Positions 58,459-64,000 of a stretch of DNA of 64,000 nucleotides are shown here, one piece after another. The stretch spans positions 1 to 64,000 of the IMG/VR virus record IMGVR_UViG_3300046820_000088; one strand, 5' to 3'. The DNA is from a virus. The notes under the pieces were generated by a model. That model saw nothing but the letters and a program-made list of their open reading frames with translations. It was not told the origin of the DNA and ran no database searches. A program made the position numbers and the translations under genes. Within the stretch, counting starts at the first letter, position 1. Each line of letters begins with the position of its first letter.

Positions 58459-58682
58459 ACTGATAGTAATCCTTTGCACAGTTCTCCAATCTCTTCTTTG
58501 GTAAGATGAAAGTTGTATGTGCTAGTGAAGTCTACTTCACCGTCTTTATTTAGGCATTCCTGAACAAAGTCTACATTATGAAGACCCTCGGGACTAGTTA
58601 CTTCCCAAGAACGTACTTTCATTCTAAATGCTTTATCTTCTTTAACGACAAACTCGTTAACGGTTAAACTTTCGTGAATCAT
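58455..58682 (-). CDS. Hypothetical protein
   Basis: ATGA overlaps on both sides. Confidence 0.6.
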   Translation of the reverse strand: MIHESLTVNEFVVKEDKAFRMKVRSWEVTSPEGLHNVDFVQECLNKDGEVDFTSTYNFHLTKEEIGELCKGLLSV

Positions 58683-59044
58683 CTTAGACTCTCCATTGTA
58701 ATAATTTTACCAAGCTCTTCTCCAAGATCTTGATTCTCGGTAACAATATGCAGTTTGTTAATGTTACGATCATTGCGTTCATCATACAACCGAGTTTCAA
58801 CGACAAAACCACCATTTGCTTTGTATAGATTAAATCTCATACCATTGCTGTTGATAGTCTCAGTCTCCTGAGCAACTGGATTGAGATATTGATCGTCGTT
58901 ACTAGAACTAGTGAGCCAGTTAGCTAGTCGCTGTTTCCATGTTAGTTTCATTTCTTTTTTTAATCCTATTCGTCGTACGGGGGTAACTCGTCCTCTGCTA
59001 AGAGTTGAAGCAGACTTTGCTTGTGCGTAACCAGTTGAACTCAT
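58679..59044 (-). CDS. Hypothetical protein
   Basis: ATGA overlaps; contains F.LYKANGGFVVE..YD. Confidence 0.6.
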   Translation of the reverse strand: MSSTGYAQAKSASTLSRGRVTPVRRIGLKKEMKLTWKQRLANWLTSSSNDDQYLNPVAQETETINSNGMRFNLYKANGGFVVETRLYDERNDRNINKLHIVTENQDLGEELGKIITMESLR

Positions 59045-59553
59045 TTTATAATCTCATCATTTTTGTAAGCGTCCCAAGAAGTAAACTTTGAACGATTAGT
59101 TAGGTCATGAAGACTATGTGACCATACACCTGGATTTGTTGCTTTAAAATCTTTATCGTCAATCTTAACCATAGTGTTATAGTTCCATAGTTTGACGTAT
59201 GGAATAGGAACTCTAATCTGCGGAATAAAGTTGTCGTAGGAGTTTAAACTACCGTCATTAAATTGTTCAACAGCACTTAGCGGAATATCTAGACTGCAAA
59301 GATAATCTTTTTGTAGAAAGAACTCGATCATTTCTTCCCAGTCATGCCACTCTTGCCATGTAGTAGGGTTAAAGCTGTGATTGGCACCAAAAAAGATGTG
59401 CTCACAACCATTTAGTTTTGAAGCAATATTATCGTATGTTTGTACCCCAGTTACAAACAGAGTCTTTTTTCCGTATGCAGGAGTATGCTCAACTTCGATA
59501 CCTGTAAAGAACGTAACATTGCCGTGCTCGCCTGTATTATAATCACGAATCAT
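59041..59553 (-). CDS. Hypothetical enzyme-like protein in the deazaguanine locus
   Basis: Motif-rich sequence: FTG.EVEHTPAYG.KTLFV, HIFFGANHSF, KIDD.DF..TNPGVW.H. Confidence 0.65.
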   Translation of the reverse strand: MIRDYNTGEHGNVTFFTGIEVEHTPAYGKKTLFVTGVQTYDNIASKLNGCEHIFFGANHSFNPTTWQEWHDWEEMIEFFLQKDYLCSLDIPLSAVEQFNDGSLNSYDNFIPQIRVPIPYVKLWNYNTMVKIDDKDFKATNPGVWSHSLHDLTNRSKFTSWDAYKNDEIIK

Positions 59554-59986
59554 GATTTTCCTTATTTGCTGACATAGCTTCTTTTTCTATAATGTGAAAG
59601 TCGCACAATGTTTGTACCCAACCCCCACTTGTGCGTTTTCCAACATTGCCACATTCTTCGCAACTGTGTGACGCCCATGCTTCGGCCATACGTACCATTC
59701 CGTAAATGGTATCATCGCCGCCTTCGTAGTAAAACCGCAAACCGCCAAACTTTTCTTTAATCTGATCTACAGTTACCTGTCGAATAGGTTTATGTTGATC
59801 GGGGTATTGACTTGCAAGTAAGTTTCGGTGTTTAAGATGAGCCTGTATATTATCGCACAGACTAGCAATAATCGGCCACCAGCCTGCACCAACAGCGACT
59901 CCGCCGTATTCTTTGGAAAACATTTCGGGATACTTACGATGCAATGTATCTACAAATACATCGTAGTTTTGTTCAACGGTTACCAT
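59543..59986 (-). CDS. Hypothetical phage protein with C-terminal Zn-finger-like Cys/His motif
   Basis: G.GW..I, QIKEKFGGLRFY, CEECG...W..TLC..H. Confidence 0.7.
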   Translation of the reverse strand: MVTVEQNYDVFVDTLHRKYPEMFSKEYGGVAVGAGWWPIIASLCDNIQAHLKHRNLLASQYPDQHKPIRQVTVDQIKEKFGGLRFYYEGGDDTIYGMVRMAEAWASHSCEECGNVGKRTSGGWVQTLCDFHIIEKEAMSANKENHDS

Positions 59987-60168
59987 GAGCTTACGTCGGT
60001 GATATCAACAGTTACTTCGTTTCCAGACATTTGGAATGATACCGTTGTTGTTGGTCCAATACCGCTAGAATTGTTCAAAAGTATTTCAAACGATTCCACT
60101 TCTTTGAATCGAGTTGTTAGCTCGGCTAGTGTTTTGATCTGTGTAGGTGTAAGTGAAAATGACTTCAT
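59980..60168 (-). CDS. Hypothetical protein
   Basis: Packed ORF; SSGIG..., DITDVSSW. Confidence 0.6.
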   Translation of the reverse strand: MKSFSLTPTQIKTLAELTTRFKEVESFEILLNNSSGIGPTTTVSFQMSGNEVTVDITDVSSW

Positions 60169-60350
60169 TTATTTTGCAATAGTTGTTGCTTATTCTTAAG
60201 TATAGAGATCTCATCTCGCAAATGCAACCTTTGCTTCTTCAAATCTGCAAGTTCGTTGTCGTTAAAATGTCCATTACTTTCTAACTCATCAACTTTTTTA
60301 TCTAGAACTCTGTGAGATTCTTCTAAATGCTTTATTCGATTTTCGTACAT
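60165..60350 (-). CDS. DUF465/YdcH-like coiled-coil protein
   Basis: L.E.H..LD..V......LKK.RL.L.DEI motif; GGAGG RBS. Confidence 0.65.
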   Translation of the reverse strand: MYENRIKHLEESHRVLDKKVDELESNGHFNDNELADLKKQRLHLRDEISILKNKQQLLQNK

Positions 60351-61892
60351 TTATTCCTCCACAATATTAGATTCGAGATTGCGAAGTTGATCATCGTCTG
60401 GATTACTGAAATCAATTTCTTTTTGTTTTTTGCCGTCTTCGAACTCGACCAAAGATTTATTTCCATAGGTAACAGGACCGCCTTGCAAACGAGTACCGTC
60501 TAAACTGGTTAAGAACTGAGATGCAGTGTCAATCATTGCAAACGCTTCTTCTTTATTTTTTGTGTTAAACAGTTCTTCAATAAAGTTTCTAAAGTACAAA
60601 ATCTTATTAGGCACCCAGTCGCTGTAATCTTTTTCTTTCTTTCCTTCAACACCCCAAGATCTCCAGTTTGGATTATATTTTGCACACTCAGTATCCATTA
60701 ACTGTTGAGCACGTTGTACAGCCTTGATATGACATTCTACATTATGACCCATCATTAAAGCATAGGCAAAACTATCCCAAGAAGTTTTACCTTCTTTACC
60801 GATCTTGTTTAACATGCCAGGAGCATAGTAACAGATATCGCCCATAGTTAATCTACTACCAAACTCACTTTCGAAAGGAAACGGAATATCTGATCCTGCA
60901 AGTGCTTTTGTATCCGGTGCCTTGTCCATGATAACTGACCAACGCTTGTTAGTGTGTTGTGCATTTGTATAAACAAGACCGTGTGCTGTTGCAATAAACG
61001 GACTTGCACAGTCAAAACTAATAGTAAGTTCGGGATTAATATGCTTCTTGATCTGTCTTTGTATTAAGGTTAAGAAACAACTCCAATCTAACTGAGCAGT
61101 ACCTAGAAAGTGAATCCAGTTCTTGCCAGTTAACATTCCTTCATCACGCATTACCATGAGACGCTTTAGTGTAATATTCATCTTACACATGTTTGCACCA
61201 CCAAAGGCCCAACCTTCAGCTTCACGCCCTGCGTATTTGCCCTTAGGATCGCTAAACTCTTTTACACCTTCGTACCACTTTTCAGCGGTATCCCAGTCAC
61301 TGCCCTGCAAGACGTTTAGCCACTTAGTTTGGCCTAATCGATTCATCAAAAAGTAGTCGTTGTTGTAACGAGTCTTCTCAAGACAGTCTTCAAATGTCTT
61401 TAACCCTGTCTTTGGACTATGAATATGATCACACGCCCATGTCGGAACGTCAAGCATCATAGACCAGTCAGCAGTTACTTCTAACCATTCGAGAATCTTT
61501 TGACGAGTCTTAGTTGCTTCGGGACCTTCAAAGTTTAACCAGTCAAACTTAAGAACACCCTTACCAATCTGGTATCCGCCTGAGTCGCCTAGAATCATTG
61601 TGTTTCCGCGATCTCTTTGTTGGATCATTGATTCTTGTGTTTGTGCTTTAACAACATCGAGTTGTGCATGACCTGCAGAGTATAGACCATACTTATAGGT
61701 AAAATATCCTTGTTCAGGATTTAAGAAGTTCATTCCCTCAATACCGCGATCAAAGCCTTTAGGAATACGCTCATCTGGGATAAACTTTTCTAATCTTTGT
61801 TTTGCTACATATGTGGAATAAAAAGAACTGATAGCAGGCAAATATACTGCATAGTCTTTTTGTAATGGTGTTAAGTTAACTTGTCGTGTCAT
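60351..61892 (-). CDS. dpdA: TGT-family guanine transglycosylase (DpdA-like, DNA 7-deazaguanine insertion)
   Basis: ILGDSGGYQ, MMLDVP, NVLQG, GWAFGG, IHFLG, SFDCASP; lacks the tRNA-TGT CxCxxC zinc site; clustered with folE and queE. Confidence 0.8.
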   Translation of the reverse strand: MTRQVNLTPLQKDYAVYLPAISSFYSTYVAKQRLEKFIPDERIPKGFDRGIEGMNFLNPEQGYFTYKYGLYSAGHAQLDVVKAQTQESMIQQRDRGNTMILGDSGGYQIGKGVLKFDWLNFEGPEATKTRQKILEWLEVTADWSMMLDVPTWACDHIHSPKTGLKTFEDCLEKTRYNNDYFLMNRLGQTKWLNVLQGSDWDTAEKWYEGVKEFSDPKGKYAGREAEGWAFGGANMCKMNITLKRLMVMRDEGMLTGKNWIHFLGTAQLDWSCFLTLIQRQIKKHINPELTISFDCASPFIATAHGLVYTNAQHTNKRWSVIMDKAPDTKALAGSDIPFPFESEFGSRLTMGDICYYAPGMLNKIGKEGKTSWDSFAYALMMGHNVECHIKAVQRAQQLMDTECAKYNPNWRSWGVEGKKEKDYSDWVPNKILYFRNFIEELFNTKNKEEAFAMIDTASQFLTSLDGTRLQGGPVTYGNKSLVEFEDGKKQKEIDFSNPDDDQLRNLESNIVEE

Positions 61893-62247
61893 AGTTTCTC
61901 GCTAGTTTGGCTGTTATGTCCAGCTGACGTTTTGCATTTTCTAAATTTTCTAATGCTATTCTAACTGCTTCGTTTTCCAACGCTAAAGATTGCCAGACTA
62001 GTTCTTCGTCACGTCTTTGACGTGCCCAATCAAGAAGGCTTTCGGCTTCTCCTGTTAGTCCTACGGATGCAGACCCCATATTAAGTGTAATCCAACTACT
62101 TCCGTCGTAGACTTCTATATTTTGATTAGAAGTATTGTATCGCATATTACCGGTACCTATAGCACCTGAGTAGTTGTTTACATAGGTGCTGGCAGTACCG
62201 CCAGCTACCTGTGTGTATCTTCCACTGGGAAAAATAGTCTTAATCAT
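61876..62247 (-). CDS. Hypothetical protein
   Basis: GNMRYNT..Q.IEVYDG.SW motif followed by a coiled coil. Confidence 0.6.
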   Translation of the reverse strand: MIKTIFPSGRYTQVAGGTASTYVNNYSGAIGTGNMRYNTSNQNIEVYDGSSWITLNMGSASVGLTGEAESLLDWARQRRDEELVWQSLALENEAVRIALENLENAKRQLDITAKLARNYDTTS

Positions 62248-62249
62248 AT

Positions 62250-62987
62250 TTAGGTTGTTACAGCAAGAATAATATATTTGTAAGTTGCCAAACCGCTATC
62301 AAGAGTAATCTGAATAGCACCTTCGTTACTTAGACTCATCTTAGCATTGTTTGCATCAGCAATATTTAGAATGCTCAAGATTGGCAGTACCGGCCAAGTC
62401 CAGCCTCGATCTAACTTTCCTGTAACACCGCTAGCAAATACAAACTCACCTGCATGTGAACCTGCATTACCGAAGATAAACTTTAGATTTCCACCATCTG
62501 TCTTAGCTAAGAAGGTTGGAGATTCGTTATTAGCACCAGCCTGGAACTTAAATCGTTGGATAGATTCAACAGTTGGCTCAATCTCAACATCCCACTTAAC
62601 TCCACGAAACTTTACAGTCTTCATTTTTTCAACAATGATTTCTTGACTCATGAAACCGTAATCGTTTTTAACATCGCCGTCTTTGTTCTCAAAGCGAATG
62701 CCTACTGGTACAGTTTTATCGTTTCGTGGTTCAAACTTAACTTCGATCTTTGCTCCTTCTTTGTAGACAGCACCGTCTAACAAATACTTGAGCTTGTTAA
62801 GTTGTGGCATACCAAAGATGCCGATCATGTCCGGATATGGATTTGCAGTTTCTGCCTCCATAATAACACTGCGATCGTCTGCAATGCTATTGATGATTGT
62901 TTTTTCTTCTGTGCCTGTTACTTTAACTGTAGTAATGAAGCCTAGATTCTGTGTATGACTTACAATGTCTTGTAAAATATCTTTCAT
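62250..62987 (-). CDS. DNA polymerase sliding clamp (gp45-like); start revised to MKDILQ
   Basis: AGGAG RBS before the ATG at 62987; 245 aa, beta-rich, ends DSGLATYKYII; directly downstream of the DNA polymerase. Confidence 0.6.
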   Translation of the reverse strand: MKDILQDIVSHTQNLGFITTVKVTGTEEKTIINSIADDRSVIMEAETANPYPDMIGIFGMPQLNKLKYLLDGAVYKEGAKIEVKFEPRNDKTVPVGIRFENKDGDVKNDYGFMSQEIIVEKMKTVKFRGVKWDVEIEPTVESIQRFKFQAGANNESPTFLAKTDGGNLKFIFGNAGSHAGEFVFASGVTGKLDRGWTWPVLPILSILNIADANNAKMSLSNEGAIQITLDSGLATYKYIILAVTT

Positions 62988-63009
62988 TAAAGATTCTCCT
63001 GTTATTAAG

Positions 63010-63038
63010 ATTATATTTAGATCGTTGGTAAAATGCAA
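63010..63038 (-). promoter_or_regulatory. Sigma70-type promoter TTGCAT-N17-TATAAT with an overlapping TAAATA
   Basis: -35 at 63033-63038, -10 at 63010-63015, 17-nt spacer, located in the polymerase-clamp intergenic gap. Confidence 0.7.
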
Positions 63039-63045
63039 CAGCAAT

Positions 63046-63999
63046 TTACTCAAAGTCGAATAGTTTGTTAAATGTGTTATCACTTCTAGTAGAAGCAATA
63101 TCCCATTCCAGCACACCGATTAAGTTTTCTAACTTTTCGTCGATAACTGTAGTTTCCATTAGGCCATCGTCGAATGGTAAGTCCTTAAACCATTGCGGTA
63201 ATCGCAACTCGTCTACTGGATAGGCCACTGACGTATAGGCCATCGGGTTATCTTTGAGTTTACAGACAATAACTTTTGCACCGTCTGTAATGTTCATTGA
63301 ATACTTGTCGTCCATCATACGCTTTAAAGTGTTCCAGTTAAGGCTTGCACGAACATGCCCTGGCATATTTGCCTTACCTGCTTTCTTCTCTTTATCGCGA
63401 TACTGAGAAATATTGTTAGCACGTTTAGGACTACCTTTCTCCCAGCCCGGGCGAGTCTTAAACTCTGTTCGGAAGTTAGTGATGTATTCTAAGACAACTT
63501 CTTTCTCAACACCGTTTAGGACCTGTGTTAATACTTCGCTTAAAAAGTCTTGGATAACAACCGGGGTATCTGAGCGCTTGAGGTCCAACCCCATCGCTTT
63601 AATCTTTCCTGGCTTTCCGTCAATGTCTGATCTCTTTCCTTCTTTGTCGTAGTAAAGAACTGCATATCTCTTCTTAGTAATAAACAAACCTTTTGATGCG
63701 ACAATTTCTCGTCCTGCTTTGATAACTTCTCCTCTGCTTTTTGGGCAGTGGAAAGTGTCCTGCATGAATTTTGGAAATGTTCCATTAACTTCTTCTCCTA
63801 TGGTATCGTAAAGTTCAATAACTGCTTCTTTGCTCCACGGAATAAGACCTTTATCAATGTCTTTCTTCAGGGTACTGTATGCACTAAAATAACAAGAGTC
63901 AGTGTCACCATAAATGATAGACTTACCTCTGTAATCATAGTCGCCTGTAATGATTTCATTTACTTTACCTGCCATGTGTTTAACAATCTGGCGACCGGT
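63046..63999 (-). CDS. 43: Family B DNA polymerase (gp43-like), C-terminal part, runs off the window
   Basis: The frame is open upstream of the annotated Met (TGRQIVKHM); YGDTDS, KKRY, K.MGL..KRSDTP. Confidence 0.93.
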   Translation of the reverse strand, partial: TGRQIVKHMAGKVNEIITGDYDYRGKSIIYGDTDSCYFSAYSTLKKDIDKGLIPWSKEAVIELYDTIGEEVNGTFPKFMQDTFHCPKSRGEVIKAGREIVASKGLFITKKRYAVLYYDKEGKRSDIDGKPGKIKAMGLDLKRSDTPVVIQDFLSEVLTQVLNGVEKEVVLEYITNFRTEFKTRPGWEKGSPKRANNISQYRDKEKKAGKANMPGHVRASLNWNTLKRMMDDKYSMNITDGAKVIVCKLKDNPMAYTSVAYPVDELRLPQWFKDLPFDDGLMETTVIDEKLENLIGVLEWDIASTRSDNTFNKLFDFE

Positions 64000-64000
64000 A

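Noticed and set aside
60351-61892. Housekeeping tRNA-guanine transglycosylase (queuosine auxiliary gene)
   Set aside because: It lacks the CxCxxC zinc site and the window has no queA/queF/queG; the context fits DNA modification better.
62988-63116. N-terminal extension of the 288-aa clamp ORF
   Set aside because: It overlaps the polymerase 3' end and a good promoter; the AGGAG RBS supports the ATG at 62987.
63046-63975. Split or stand-alone 309-aa polymerase
   Set aside because: The reading frame stays open to the window edge, so the gene is only truncated by the window.
1-64000. CRISPR arrays, tRNAs, DGR/reverse transcriptase, inteins, stop-codon reassignment
   Set aside because: I saw no repeat-spacer arrays, cloverleafs, RT motifs or intein termini, and long genes are intact in the standard code.

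Overview
This is a 64-kb segment of a large T4-superfamily (jumbo-type) myovirus genome. It is AT-rich, tightly packed and reads cleanly in the standard code. Left to right: (1) two Ala/Gly-rich putative head-internal proteins; (2) a ~500-nt structured non-coding stretch behind a stand-alone GIY-YIG nuclease; (3) the T4-type gp46-gp47-gp55 block; (4) a ~32-kb plus-strand baseplate/tail operon (gp53, hub, gp5, gp25, gp6, a 4515-aa giant protein, four paralogous fibres); (5) a late-promoter glycosyltransferase operon converging on four tandem radical-SAM genes; (6) small hypothetical genes and RNase H; (7) a 7-deazaguanine DNA-modification locus (TGT/DpdA-like, FolE, QueE, a DpdL-type T-fold protein, no QueC in the window) that also holds a GT-B glycosyltransferase, a cupin and a MazG-like enzyme; (8) a sliding clamp and the C-terminus of a family B DNA polymerase. 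TAAATA late-promoter boxes and RBS-sequestering hairpins are visible. The best leads are a possible glycosylated or further-modified deazaguanine DNA base, the large structured RNA next to the GIY-YIG gene, and the GT plus radical-SAM cassette beside the tail fibres. All calls come from motif recognition by eye; no searches were run.
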